A DNA stretch of 64,000 nucleotides from Octopus sinensis (GCF_006345805.1 NC_043008.1:9858001-9922000); one strand, 5' to 3'. Counted from the stretch's first letter, positions 1 to 14,465 are shown. A program made the numbers and translations. Notes: generated from the sequence alone by a model not told the origin.

Positions 1-249
1 TAGAAAGAAAATGTTGGGCAGTTAAAATGGCAGCGAAGAACAAATTAGTGCACGAACAAAACCAATGCACTGGGAACTAAACAAGTCTCGAAAATACTAT
101 GTCGTCTACAATTAAACATAGACTAATTAATTAAGGATCAAATTAGATATAGCAGTTAAGAAATGAGTGATTGGTTGGTTATACAAGAAATAATTCAAGT
201 GGGAGTTGTGAAAATCAAAAGGGCAAAAATATGTGTAATTTTTTAATAG

Positions 250-252
<3 letters not shown>

Positions 253-285
<33 letters not shown>

Positions 286-406
286 TAATGATAATAATAA
301 TAATGAAATAATAATAATATAAGAATAAAATAAGAATTAAATAATAATAATAAAATAATGATAATATAATAATAATAAAATAATAATAATAATAATAATA
401 AAATAC

Positions 407-437
<31 letters not shown>

Positions 438-548
438 TAATGATAATAATAATAATAATAAAATAATAATAATAATAATAATAAAATAATAATAATAATA
501 ATAAAATAATAATAAAATAATAATAAAATAATAATAATAAAATAATAA

Positions 549-582
<34 letters not shown>

Positions 583-682
583 TAATGATAATAATAATAA
601 TAATAAAAATAATATAATAATAATAATAATAAAATAATAATATAATAATAATAATAAAATAATAATAATAATAAAATAATAA

Positions 683-727
<45 letters not shown>
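253..727. repeat. Imperfect (AAT)n/(AAAAT)n microsatellite
   Basis: Direct reading; explains the poly-I/L/Y ORFs at 215-916. Confidence 0.97.
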
Positions 728-731
<4 letters not shown>

Positions 732-969
732 AGGTGTAAACATATGAACAAAATAAAAATAAACAAAAAACAAAAAAAATTACACGAACGTATATAAACA
801 GGAGATACAAATACTACAGGCACTCCCCCCCACACACACACTAACTTAACATAGACACACATAGAGGTATACGCATGCGCAAATGAAGACACATACAATA
901 GGAATACAAAATACAAAATGGCTGACCGTTAGTAAAGAGAGACACACAAATAAGAAAGAAGAAAGCAAA

Positions 970-1014
970 GGACCACTGATGAGGTCACAGGAGTGTGACG
1001 AAAGAACTCTGGCC
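970..1014 (+). ncRNA. Minimal type I hammerhead ribozyme motif (Penelope-type)
   Basis: GGACCA-CTGATGA-G-GTCAC(AGGAGT)GTGAC-GAAA-GAAC-TC-TGGCC. Intact core, perfect 5-bp stem II, 2-bp stem III, CUC cleavage triplet, stem I GGACCA/TGGCC with one bulge. Confidence 0.6.
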
Positions 1015-1180
1015 GTAATAAGATTAAGATTAATGTAAAAAAATGAATAACGCTGAAGCAAAGTAACACCAAATATATAGTGCGTGTGATTTTATTGGCT
1101 AAATTGGCAAAATGACCATTCCTAAATACAACAATATCTGTTTCAACTCACGATTTCACATCACAAATCTTGCAAAACAA

Positions 1181-1248
<68 letters not shown>

Positions 1249-1397
1249 TTATATATATTTGTGTGTGTGTATGCATACATATATGCGTGTGTATTTATGT
1301 ATAAATAGAGAGAGAGTTACATACGTATATATGTATACCCACACAAGCATGGTTGTGTGTGTATATATCTGTCTTTTTATGCATGTATGTATCTCTG

Positions 1398-1768
1398 CGT
1401 GTTGGGGCAGCGGACTCGCGGTCATAGGATCGTGGTTTCGATTCCCAGACCGGGCGTTGTGAGTGTTTATTGAGCGAAAACACCTAAAGCTCCACGAGGC
1501 TCCGGCAGGGGATGGTGGTGATCCCTGCTGTACTCTTTCACCACAACTTTCTCTCACTCTTACTTCCTGTTTCTGTATTTCAAAGGGCCGACCTTGTCAC
1601 TCACTGTGTCACGCTGAATATCCCCGAGAACTATGTTAAGGGTACACGTGTCTGTGGAGTTCTCAGCCACTTACACATTAATTTCACGAGCAGGCTGTTC
1701 CGTTGATTCGGATCAACCGGAACCCTCGTCGTCGTAACCGACGGAGTGCTTCCATCCATCCATCCATC
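1398..1768 (+). mobile_element. tRNA-derived SINE family A, tail type 1
   Basis: tRNA-like head (gcagcggactcgcggtc...gtttcgattcc), body shared with 20599-20977 and 57134-57453, (CCAT)n tail. Confidence 0.9.
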
Positions 1769-2097
1769 TCTGCGTCTACGTGTGTATGCGTGTTTGTGAT
1801 TTAGATGAACATAAACTAAACAGCTTTGCATTTTGACTTTCGATGTTTTACCTGTAAAAATAGCGGCAACAATCTACTTCGATTTACAAGGTATACATAA
1901 GCATAAATGTATGCATACATGCCTCTCTGAATCAATGTATTGGCTAATCGATCGATTAATTATCAATCAGTCTATAACCCTGTTAGTTTTCATTTGACGA
2001 CTGCTGTCTCGCTATTCCATCTCAACTTTCTCTCTCTCCTTCTGCCTCTCACCCTCCCTCTCTCTCTCTCTCTCTCTTTCTCTCTCTATCTCCCTCC

Positions 2098-2145
<48 letters not shown>

Positions 2146-2240
2146 GTTTTTGCCTTCCCTTTCTAATGCTAACGGACAATATAAATGTCAGTGGAACGGT
2201 AGCTTTGAAGAAACGAATGTACTCGTGTGTATATTTGTGT

Positions 2241-2278
<38 letters not shown>

Positions 2279-2280
<2 letters not shown>

Positions 2281-2437
2281 GACAGGCTTCTTTCAGTTAA
2301 CATCGAACAATTCTACTCAAAAGGCTTTGGTCAGCCCGAGGCTATAGTAGAAGACATTTACCCAAAGTGCCACGCAGTGGGACTGAACCCGGAACCATGT
2401 GGTTAGTAAGCAAGCTACTTACTACACACCCACTCCA
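2279..2437 (-). mobile_element. SINE family B, 5' half
   Basis: Reverse complement of ggagtggctgtgtggtaag...ggttccgggttcagtccc...gaaagaagcccgtcg. Confidence 0.88.
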
Positions 2438-2655
2438 TTTGTGCGATGTTGTTTTCGTCACTGTCCCCAGATTTCGTTCGCTATTTCCAGCAATTTCTCA
2501 CTGTTTACGCCAATAAAAGTGAACAAAGTTATCGTTAAAGGCGTGAAATTGTAAGGACGTTTTGGATGATAACTGACGAGGAATGAGCAACGTCTGGTCT
2601 CGTGTGGGAATTTTCCGTTTGGCCCTCATATTTCTGTTTAAATTTTGTAACTTAT
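2438..2655 (+). repeat. Unclassified ~210-bp dispersed repeat, copy 1 (copy 2 at 23759-23961)
   Basis: Shared blocks ttcgtcactgtcccca, ttcgttcgctatt, aaaagtgaacaa, gataactgacgag, ctgtttaaatttt. Confidence 0.75.
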
Positions 2656-2750
2656 ACGTGAACGTGTGTGTATGTGTGTCTGTCTGTCTGTTTGTCTGTG
2701 TCTGCGTGTTTGTGTGGATAAGGAAAACTCCAATCCCTATTGAATTTACT

Positions 2751-3160
2751 CTCTTTTACTCTTTTACTTGTTTCAGTCATTTGACTGCAGCCATACTCGA
2801 GCACCGCCTTTTTTTAGTCGAGCAAATCGACCCCGGGACTTATTCTTTGTAAGCCCAGTACTTATTCTATCGGTCTCTTTTGCCGAACCGCTAATTGACG
2901 GGGACGTAATCACACCAGCATCGGTTGTTAAGCAATGCTAGGGGAACAAACACAGACACACAAACACATACACACACACATATATATATACATATATACG
3001 ACAAGCTTCTTTCAGTTTCCGTCTACCAATCCACTCACAAGGCATTGGTCGGCCCCGGCTATAGCAGAAGACACTTGCCCAAGATGCCACGCAGTGGGAC
3101 TGAACCCGGAACCATGTGGTTGGTAGGCAAGCTACTTACCACGCAGCCACTCCTGCGCCT
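2751..3160 (-). mobile_element. SINE family B, full length
   Basis: Head with A/B-box-like motifs, internal TA/CA tract, (gtaaaaga)n tail; matches 52212-52626. Confidence 0.92.
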
Positions 3161-3977
3161 TCTGGATAATTATTCATCAGAAATGTCTATCGGAATTTTT
3201 TTCGTTAAATGTCCTGAAATTGAGGTTATTTACCTTACTTCTTGGTCTTACTTGACGCTGGTATTTTAACTAAAGATACTAAGAGCAGCACCGTGTCGTA
3301 CAAAACTGTGTCTCTATAATCCATTGATGTATAGATGTTTTATCACCCCCGGCTCATCCAATTAGTTTCTTCATTGTTTGATCTACACTCTGTGGATCAT
3401 CAGCTACTTCAAGAGTCATCTCAGATCACATAAGCATACAACAGTGAATGTAGATCAAGTGAACAATGAATGATGGGATGGTTGTTGCTGTTGCTGTTAT
3501 TGTTATTGTTGTATAGAAACCAGTGAATAAATTGCGCGGGCAAAACGCCTGTCTTTTCAAAGAAATCGTCTTAATGTTGCTAATTCAAGAGTTGGAGAAA
3601 CTGGTCGTCGCTCCGTCATAGAACCACAGACCAAAATAATAAAATGGTTTAGGCTAAGGCGGTGCGTTGAACTATAGGTCAAGAATTTTCTGTTATAATT
3701 CTTACTTTAGTGAAGATAGATGAAGGCTCTGCTTTTGTCATTTACTATGTAATCTTTATCAAAATTTAGTAGATCACTGCACGAGTTATTTTCATGATAC
3801 TATGCAGTAAAACCGGACAACGTCGGCTACTTCTGTTAATAGAAAATATTTGTTTATGTGGTGAACAGGATTAAACACTCGGCTCCTTCTCATCTTTTAT
3901 ATTTTTAATTAAATATTTCTAATTATCTTAAGAGTGTTTGTAGTGTCTTTGCTTTCTTCTTTACTTTTTTCTTTTTT

Positions 3978-4142
3978 CTTTTTACTTGTTTCAGTCATTT
4001 GACTGCGGCCATGCTGGGGCACCACCTTGAAGGGTTTTAGTTGAACAAATCGAGCGCAGAGCTTATTTTTTAAGCCTAGTACTTATTCTATCGGTTTTTC
4101 TAAAGAACCGCTGTTACGGTGATGTAAACACACCAACACCGG

Positions 4143-4143
<1 letters not shown>
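3978..4143 (-). mobile_element. SINE family B, 3' fragment
   Basis: ttacttgtttcagtcatttgactgcggccatgctgg tail motif. Confidence 0.85.
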
Positions 4144-4236
<93 letters not shown>

Positions 4237-4347
4237 ATGATATGTAACTGTAAGATCAGGATCTAGGTGTAAGAAGATAGTATGCTTCGAGCAGTCTGTT
4301 GTAAGTATAAAACAACATTCAGAAACAATAACAGTTTATTGGCGTAG

Positions 4348-4543
<196 letters not shown>

Positions 4544-5681
4544 AATTAGAAAGAATACATTCGTTACATAAATAAAACACTTCAGAAAAGAAGCCAAAGA
4601 ATGGTAAGTTCTTGAAAATAGCTAAAGTCTACCTAGATATATGTCGTTATTGATCTAGAGAAAAGTCTTCAGCTTCTCCTCTGTAAAAGACGAATCACAA
4701 ACAGAAGTTTACAAAATGCAACAAAAATCAGTGAATAATAGTTATATAAATATGTTAGTAGACAGGACTATACAGAAACACATTTAACGGAAGAAGAGAA
4801 AGCGGTAAAAATCACTAAAAATTCAGTGAAGACAGACAATGTAAAATGTACACAACTCAGACGTATAGTCGAGTATTAATAATATACTACAAAGACAAAA
4901 CAAAGAAATTCAGAAACCTCGTCATCGTCAAATCTCCATACCTGCAGCTCACTGAACAAACTGGAGACGAGTGATGCAAATTAGAAATATACGGAAAATT
5001 TATGTAATTGTTGGCTTGATATCTTACAGTGAACATGAAAGTGTAGCATATTCAAGGAACAATTGCAATGCATTGTGTTGCTGAATTGAAAACAAAATTA
5101 AAATCTAAAATCATGAGTAGGTAAGTGGGAGTAGACGCCGAAAATTAGGGGGTTTCTTTATGTATAGAATACAATATGGAATCAGAAATATTTCATAATG
5201 ATTTTATTTAGTTCAACGTGGGTGGTTGACATTAGTTTTCAAAAAACGTAAGTAGGCAAAAAGCAGAAGAATATTATAAATGATACGTGGGTAAGGATTA
5301 GTTTTAAGCTGCATTTAAAAGACAATTAAAAGACTATTACACACACACACAGCTTTGAGACATTTTGGCGCCGCTGATTCGGTGCTGACTTATTATGTAC
5401 ACTAGCAGAACGATTTTCTGCTAGTCTCTTGATAATATTTTTACATTTGATTCCCAATTCTGATAATTTTCATATTTTACCTCTAATTATTTCTTTGTAT
5501 AATAGTGCTCACTCGCTTAGTAAATATTCCTTTCATTATTTTATCACAGTCTTAATCTCTCTATTTTAAACAAACTTCAAGATAGTCCAACAGCAGAAGG
5601 ACAAAGAAGTTTGTCAAGTTTTACCTTCGCCTAAAAACAACATAGAGATTTCAATTCAGCAGCCCATCTGTAAGCTTGGCA

Positions 5682-5727
<46 letters not shown>

Positions 5728-5789
5728 TGGGGAGAGAGAGCAATGCAAATAATGAATTAAATAAACATGAAATGAAAAAATCGTACAAA

Positions 5790-6247
5790 TAAGAGAGCAT
5801 TACGACAGATGTATACCCTCCCGACTTTGTTGCCTCATAACATCCAGAAAAATGGATGTTTTTTAACAAAATTTTCTACAAATAACGCTTAGATGTTGTG
5901 GCTTCAGAGTATATAGGGATTTATATGAAAGAATCTTTTCGAGGGGGTGGAGAGAGGGACTTCAGAAAATTCACACGATCTGACTTTCTTCCCTCATAAC
6001 TTTCAGAAAAACGGATACCTTTTAATGAAAATCTATACGAATCCCTTTCAAACGGTATAGATTACGATTATAAAGAAATTTATGGGGAATATTTTTTTCG
6101 GGGATTTTTCGCACTTTTTTAAACCACAGCCTTCGAAATAATGTGGTGGGGGGGTCATCTTCGTACGAAAAGCGTTTTCAAAACTCTTTTTTTAAGATCA
6201 TGAGCCATGAGAGCCACTGCCTGGTGCTGCACCAGGGCATTTTATAA
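5790..6247 (-). mobile_element. Non-autonomous Helentron-like (HINE-like) element
   Basis: Terminal hairpin cctggtg-ctg-caccagg (6220-6236) next to a T-run; duplicated internal cctcataac...cagaaaaa(t/c)ggat motif. Confidence 0.45.
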
Positions 6248-6248
6248 T

Positions 6249-7112
<864 letters not shown>

Positions 7113-7113
<1 letters not shown>

Positions 7114-7395
7114 TACCCTGCGCGCATAAGCGAAAGCAAGGTATTATAATCACACGTCTTTATTTGTCTATATGTTTGCAAAATTCCTGGAAAACGGCTG
7201 AACAGATTTTCACCAAATTTGACAAAAATACTCATTGAAGGATTGGCTCAAAATGATGAAAATCTGGTTTCATTATCTTCAAAATTGGCCAATAGGCGAA
7301 TGAAGACGTGTTGACTTTATATTTTTTTGCGAAAGAATTTATGCGTGCGCAGGATATACATCATATTGGCACGTTCTCAGCACAAGAATCTATTA
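7113..7395 (+). mobile_element. Helentron-associated (DINE-1/HINE-like) element
   Basis: 5' taccct...agggta hairpin, then tgtctatatgtttg and aacggctgaacagattttcaccaaatttg; near-inverted copy of the 5' subterminal sequence at about 7345-7360. Confidence 0.55.
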
Positions 7396-7992
7396 GTAGC
7401 ACATAAAAACATACATGTACTGTGTCTATTTAATACTATTTACCTCTCACTATCACGGAACATTACACGTTAGTCCACCCTGTCGCATGGGGGAGGGGTT
7501 TCAGGATTCTCCATTAAATCTTATATACTCTGAAATTTATATAATCTTTTTTATATTATCATATTGTCATCATAGTGCTGAATTTATAGTAACAATTCCG
7601 CTTTCTTCCATGTATACCGTACTCTGAAATATACTTCACGATACTTATAAACTAATAATACTACTTTAAATTTATATTTTACTGATTAACGCGTGCATTT
7701 ATATGTATATTTGATATAGTTTATTTATTTTTTTCTATCGGATTATTTATAATCTATGGTAAGAAATATTTTATGTATCATGTACTAATATCCTTTAATA
7801 AGTATAAATACTTTACTATATAGCATAATCTTCAAATTCTCAATACCAATGAATCTGAGCCTCCGGTCGATTTTATCTATTCTATACGCCTCAAGTCTTG
7901 GGAATTGGCTTGAGAAGTTATACCATACTGCTTTCTTATTTTCTTATTTTTTGTATATTTTTTATTCATGGTTATTATATGTTCTATCATTA

Positions 7993-8023
<31 letters not shown>

Positions 8024-8424
8024 AATTTTCCAATTTACCTTGTACTCGCTATTGTACTTTATCCTATTACAGTACCTTGTTTTATATTATTTGTATTTTA
8101 TTTTATTTCATTATACTATTTCTAGCTAGTTCTTCATTATTTTTTAAATCTTACGATATTACTTTCATTTTCACTATCTATCAATTCCATTTTTTTTATT
8201 ATCCAAATTTTTTATTATAATCCTTCTTTTATTATTATCCATTTGCTTTCATATAATTTTTTAAAATTCTATGCTTTTTATTGTATTTTTTTTTATTTAT
8301 CTAATTATTGATACGTTGGCCACTCTTCTTGTTTCATACACAACCCCCATCGTAGAATCGCAGACTTATTTCTCGCCTTTATGGTCATTTGACTTTTAAA
8401 GAAGGCATATAGAAGACAGCGAAA

Positions 8425-8821
8425 TCTTTATATATAAAAGTCAAGTTGTGTGTCTGTCTCCTACGATTTAGATTCCTAACTACTCCCACATTTTGCGGTG
8501 CAGTTTAACCAAAACCGGGTATCTTATAGTCGTGATTCATATCGAGCCCTTCTGGGTATTAGCGCGCGTCTACGATGAGTCTACGATTTAAAAAAAATTT
8601 ACCATCATTTTTTTCCATTTTAATGCATTTTTTCGCTATTATATAAGGGAAGTAACTCTCTAAAAATGTCTACGATGAGTCAACGATTTTTTTTTAAATT
8701 CACCATCATTTTTTTTCCATTTTTAATGCATTTTTTTGCTATTTTTTGGCTATAACTCTCTAAAAATGCTTATATAGTTATTTCCCTTACAAACCCGAGA
8801 AACGCCGGGCGATACTACTAG
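8425..8821 (+). mobile_element. Non-autonomous Helitron
   Basis: A|TC...tatataaaag 5' end, cccg...cggg hairpin at 8794-8809, CTAG|T 3' end; internal ~105-bp tandem duplication (gtctacgatgagtc...aactctctaaaaat x2). Confidence 0.8.
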
Positions 8822-9116
8822 TAAATAAATATATAAATAACTGGGTGATCTTACCCTTTGTACTTAGTCCAAAAACCGCTTGTTGAATAGAATTAAAAGA
8901 TAAAAGAAACTATCTCTGAGTTGTAAGGAAGAGATGCTTCGCTGATTCCCTCCTTCATCGCTATAAATCTTCGTTACATCCTACCCACACATGACATCGC
9001 GTTTTTCTCCTATAAAACTACCAAATTGAACTAGTAAATTCATTCTATGACCAGCAAGGATCATAGAACGATGAAGATGTACATCCCGTTGGTTTTTGAA
9101 TTTTGTGGTTCATGTA

Positions 9117-9202
9117 CTCACCTGATGAAAACGGTTTTTTCTAATGATGTAATGTTCCCATTAATCAATTAATTAAAGATTCTTTGGAAACAGCTGTAGT
9201 GA
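9117..9202 (+). ncRNA. Degenerate hammerhead motif with long stem II region (homologous to 41687-41772)
   Basis: TCAC-CTGATGA ...58 nt... GAAACAGCTGTA-GTGA; palindromic stem III ACAGCTGT, GUA triplet, stem I TCAC/GTGA; stem II not formed. Confidence 0.45.
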
Positions 9203-9264
9203 ACTGACACATATCCATCTGTTGTTATTTATGCATTACATATGATATATATATATATATATAT

Positions 9265-9610
9265 GGAGTGGGTGTGTGGGAAGTAGCTTGCTTACCAGTC
9301 ACATGGTTCCGGGTTCAGTCCCACTGCGTGGCACCTTGGGCAAGTGTCTTCTACTATAGCCTCGGGCCCACCAAAGCCTTGTGAGTAGATTTGGTAGGCG
9401 GAAACTGAAAGAATCCCGTCGTATATATATGTATATGTGTGTGTGTTTGTGTATGAGTTTGTCCCCCAGCATCGCTTGACAACCGATGCTTGTGTGTTTA
9501 CATCCCCGATTGAGGCTTACAAAGAATAAGTCCAGGAGTCGATACGCTCGACTAAAGGCGTTGCTCCAGCATGGCTGCAGTCAAATGACTGAAACAAGTA
9601 AAGAATAAAA

Positions 9611-9613
<3 letters not shown>
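9265..9613 (+). mobile_element. SINE family B, near full length with internal deletion
   Basis: Head and gactgaaacaagtaaaga tail, embedded in (TA)n. Confidence 0.9.
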
Positions 9614-9699
<86 letters not shown>

Positions 9700-10869
9700 A
9701 TATATATACATGTATATACATATATATACATACATACATACTATATATATATATAATTCTCTTCCTGATAGTAAACTAGTTTTTTCTGTAGAATTTTACT
9801 CATTAGCACATGTGGGTGTGTGAGGAGGAATACGAGATCTCATTCGTGTGTTTGAATTCGAAAGTACTAATCGTTAGATGTGTGTTGTCTGATGTCGCCT
9901 GATCAGATAAGGTATGTTTAATTTCTGCAGTGCTCTCAAATTTAAGATAGGACATCTCTGTGGGTATCACTACCACTGCTAGTCCTACAATGACACGTGA
10001 CAGTTTCTTGATATTCTATTCGCACCAGGCGCAGTCATTCTCAATCGCGGGCCGCAAATTTCTTAAATGTAATACCATAACTATTCTTTCATTTACTTCA
10101 TTTTTATTTCATTTCTTTTATTTCATTCCAATTCCTTCATTTCCTTTGACAAATCTTATGTTCAAGAAAATGTCTCAGAGATAAGAATCCAAGGGTGTAA
10201 TTTACGATTATGTTGATACAATTTACGATTTCGTTTTCTTTTGAAGAGTTTCAGATTGTTCTCTTCGACATTTTTTTGTTGCCACCAATTTCTGTAACTT
10301 CAGCATTTTAAATACTTTTTAAAGATATCTTTGCTTCGAACATCAACATTATGCAATGTATTTCTCGTTGATTTATTTCTGAAAAATATTATCTAAAAAA
10401 TATGCATTTTAATGAGAACTTCTATATAGAAGCAAATCTAGAATGTAGGATTGATCTGAAACTTCTAAAAAATATTTGTTCTAAATTTTATTATCATAAT
10501 CGTAAATTATACCTTCAAAAATGAATCACTGCAAAATTTATTTTAAATCAGCATTTTTTCAGAAAGTTATGAGGAAACAACTTCGGAACAGCACTAAACT
10601 TTATTTATACCGAAATTTCGTACAAGTAAAAAAAAAATCGTTACTACATTTACAAATTATTATATTTTTCTGTTAAATAAAAAGTGTAAAGTTTTTAGTT
10701 AAGAAATTTCATTTTCTTTTTAAGTCTCTCCTCCTTTTAGCTGAACTTGTGTATCACTGTATACACTGTCGTTCTAAATTTGATTCTTTCCATTTACATT
10801 CAACTCACTCGCAAACAATTTTGTGATATAATATGAGCTATAAATATATAATAAATATATTCTCTTTGC

Positions 10870-11145
10870 AAGGCGGCAAACTGGTAAAATCGTTACCACA
10901 CCGGGAAAAAAATTATTTGCAGCGTTTCTTTCGACTCTACATTCTGAGTTCAAATCCCGTGAGATCGATGATAGAAGTATTCTTTTCTACTCTGGGCACA
11001 AGGCCCGAAATTTTGGGGCCCAATCGATTACATCGACCCCAGTGCGTAACTGTTACTTAATTTATAAGTATTAGTTGAGTAATGGGGTCGATGATGTAAT
11101 TGACGTACTCCTCCCGAAATTACTGTCCCAAAATTTGACATCAAT
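10870..11145. mobile_element. Decayed nested SINE family C fragments in both orientations
   Basis: Plus-strand head aaggcggcaaactgg; minus-strand tail at 10975-11065; plus-strand remainder to about 11145. Confidence 0.65.
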
Positions 11146-11776
11146 AAGTATTTTCTCTTTATCACTGTAATGCAAATTAGACTGGCCAGACTAAAGGAGT
11201 ACATTTGTTTAATATAATATAAATAAATGAAAACTACATATCTTTCCGTGGACAAAAGGGGGGTTACCTTTCTGTGATGAAGATATAACAATCTAATTGA
11301 AGAACTAATTGAAGTCAATCCTAGTTTTTACTTCTAAACAAGCGATAAAGCTTAAGGTATAAGCACAATTATAATATCTCTTTATTTTCTCACAGTGAGG
11401 CTAAAATTTTATGCTGATTTATTTCATTGGTGTATTTTACATATCGACAGGTATATATTACTGCAATCGAATATCTCATATTAAATCACAAATGAGTAGA
11501 AATAGTTTAACCATTCTACTTTGATGTACAATAATTAATGATATTTTAAAGTACATGATCATGTTTCATTAGAAATGTGTGATTTATCATTTGACTAGCA
11601 AGTAATGAAATATGACAAGCATGAAATATGATTGCCATTGTGAGAAAGGTCCATGGAAACAAGATGTAGATGAACATTATTCACACGCCATAATCCAAGA
11701 TAGACAGGCGCGCATGCACACGCACATAAAGACACAGACACACGCAGACGCTCACATACATTCATGCACACAATCT

Positions 11777-11858
<82 letters not shown>

Positions 11859-12775
11859 CATACATACATATATAATATATATACACATACATATACATAT
11901 ATATATATACATATATATACATACATATATATATATATAACATCTATATATATATATATATATATACATAACATCTATATAACATATAACTGTTGACATA
12001 TATTTATTAATATGATGTGTTTTACGTGTCTTGAATATAGTTTCATATTTTGAAATATAAGCCTTATTTGTGTGTGTATGTGTGTGTGGGCGAGAGAAAG
12101 GGTGAGAAAGAGTGAGAGAGAGAGAGAGAAAGGAAAAGGGAGAAAGAGAAAGAGAGAAAGGGAGAGACTGCTTGATAGAGCTTATAGCACATCGCAATAA
12201 TTGTTGATATTTTCATAACCACACTTATAACATAAAACTTAATTATGGTTTGATAATGTTGTTAGCGAACAGCGAGTAATTAAATTGCTGATTACTTAAA
12301 AATAGCTACAAATCAATTGAATTAATTTAAACTTCGTATGTCATGTATTACTGAAGAGTAAATCCAAATTATTTGTTTTTAAATTGAAGTATCATATCAA
12401 ATATGAAATAGTTCTTTTTCTTAATTAATAGTAATGATTGCTATTAAAAAATGTCAGATATTTTGTTATGACCACTGAAGTAAACATAACACTATCTTAG
12501 ACATATTTTTAAAATCCATTCGCGAGATAGCCTTAATTTGAAATCGATAACCAGGCTTATACAGAGAGTTTCATAATTTTTTTTTCATATAGTATCATTA
12601 TTTATATGTGCTGTGGATATATAGAAAGCTTGATAATTTCTGCAATAAATATCCTAATTATTTTGCTGGATCTTGCTAGGGTCATTAGTTTTATGCTTAT
12701 AGCGTGCTTTCACTTCACTACCGTGTGCAGCTGGTTTTATTTCAATTCTTTTATTATAATCATTATCATTAATCG

Positions 12776-12932
12776 GAGTTCAAATGCCGCTGGGGTCGAC
12801 TTTACCTTTCATAATATCAGAGTCGATAAAATAAAGTACTAGTTGAGCACCGGGATCAATGTAATCAGCTTATCCTCGTCCGTAAAACTGCAAACCTTGT
12901 GCCAAAATTTGAAACCATTATTGTTATTGTTG

Positions 12933-12984
<52 letters not shown>
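12776..12984 (+). mobile_element. SINE family C 3' part with (ATT)n tail
   Basis: gttcaaatgccgctggggtcgactttacctttcat...cttgtgccaaaatttgaaacc followed by (att)n. Confidence 0.8.
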
Positions 12985-13290
12985 TTTCCTTCTTTCTTCA
13001 AATTTTCTTCCGTTTCTCGCCGAGTGTTTTCCCTACACCTAGGGCAGAGAAGCTCATTGTAAGCATTCCAAGATTACGCACGCAAATTCACAGATAAATA
13101 AATTCATGGATGGATGTTGTTTTCACAGCGATAGTGCTCCTCTCAGTACGTGAGCCGTTCAAGTTAACACAATTTTTTGCACTTCCTGTAGGGATGGTAA
13201 GCCTGGTATCATTTTCAAATAGGTTTCAGTACCTTTTTTTATCATTCCTAGAGCTCCTACAATCACTGGTACTGTAGTCGCCTTGAGATG
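12985..13290 (-). mobile_element. R4/Dong-clade non-LTR retrotransposon, short 3' fragment
   Basis: Translates RLWHLKATTVPVIVGALGMIKKGTETYLKMIPGLPSLQEVQKIVLT*TAHVLRGALSL*, the C-terminus of an RLE endonuclease; then a 3' UTR running into (AAT)n. Confidence 0.85.
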
Positions 13291-13298
13291 CCACAATC

Positions 13299-13343
<45 letters not shown>

Positions 13344-13345
13344 CA

Positions 13346-14313
13346 TTTTTTTTATTTTGATCTGCATGTTTGTTACAGTCACTTGTCGAGACGCACACAA
13401 CGCGCTGGGGCGTGAGAAGGATAAGGGATGTTACACTATGACTAAAAACTTGGGGAGGGGAAGTAGCGAAAATATCTTCATGCAGTACAACACACATTTA
13501 AATGGATAGCCTTTTTCTAAGGATGTGGGCAGTACTTGCCAGCACAATCTTTTGGATTTCTCTGAGACATGGTTCTCCTGGGATCTTATCTAGATGTTTC
13601 TGACATCCCTTTTTTTTATCATATCTAGGACACCTACAATAACAGGAACAGTTCTCGCTTTAAGAGGCCACACTTTTTGTATTTCAATTTCTAGTTTTTT
13701 TTATATTTACTCAATCTGTCAAATTCCTTTACAGATATATTTTTATCAGTGGGAACACTTACATCTATTAGTCTACAAGTATTTTCTTCCCTGTCTTTAA
13801 TAGTTATGTCTGGTCGATTAGCCTGGATCGTTCTGTCAGTGTTGACTTAAAAATTCCAGAGAATAGTGACATTTTTACCTTCAACGACTGGCACAGGATG
13901 ATGTTCATACCAATAAGCAAGAGTGCTGTTTTGTAGTATTTACATATTTTCCAATGTAAATATTGTCCTACCCTATCGTGGCGATTTCTGTATTCATTTC
14001 GTTTCAGTACAGGACATCCCAGAGTGAAATGGTTTATTGTCTCATCAAATGTATCACAGAATCTGCATTTAGGATCAAAACCGTTTTGAAGAACGTTAGA
14101 CTGGTAGTTTTTGTGAGCAAGCTTTGATCTTGTGCCGCCAATATGAAACCTTCAGTCTCTCTTTCATTCCTGAACCTCTCAGCCACTGATGGGTTGTCGT
14201 TTGATCTACATCAGCATTTCGACTTCGAAGTATATACAGTCCATGCAGGGGCTTCTGGCTCCACCGCTCCTCAGTTTATTTCTGTTTGTTCTTCTTTGCA
14301 ATGTTCTAGGTTG
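13346..14313 (-). pseudogene. R4/Dong-clade retrotransposon 3' fragment (CCHC knuckle plus RLE endonuclease), frameshifted
   Basis: WSQKPLHGLY...HQWLRGSGMK-ETEGFILAAQDQSL...CRFCDTFDETINHFTLGC...RHDRVGQYLHWKIC...NRPDITIKD...LIDVSVP...TAHILRK; 3' UTR ends in (AAT)n. Confidence 0.92.
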
Positions 14314-14354
14314 GTATATATATATATAATAAACCATATTACCCGAACACTATT

Positions 14355-14465
14355 TTATTGGATCTTGGAAAGGGTAAGCTTTGAATAATAGCGTGTAAGG
14401 ATTGGATTTTTTTTAAAAACCTTTGCATAGCTTACCTTCTTCAAGATTCAACGTTCCACCCAAAA

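Noticed and set aside
2575-2600. CTGACGAG (also at about 23895) as a hammerhead
   Set aside because: No stem II or GAAA follows.
3366-3473. Possible last exon FLHCLIYTLWIISYFKSHLRSHKH... (zinc-finger- or TM-like)
   Set aside because: The acceptor lacks a pyrimidine tract, there is no Cys pair at C2H2 spacing, and no partner exon was found.
4586-4603. 18-nt microexon (ttcag|...atg|gtaagt)
   Set aside because: The upstream region is A-rich with no polypyrimidine tract; such pairs arise by chance in 64 kb.
5401-5425. 10-bp inverted repeat actagcagaa/ttctgctagt
   Set aside because: Too short and isolated to assign a function or an element.
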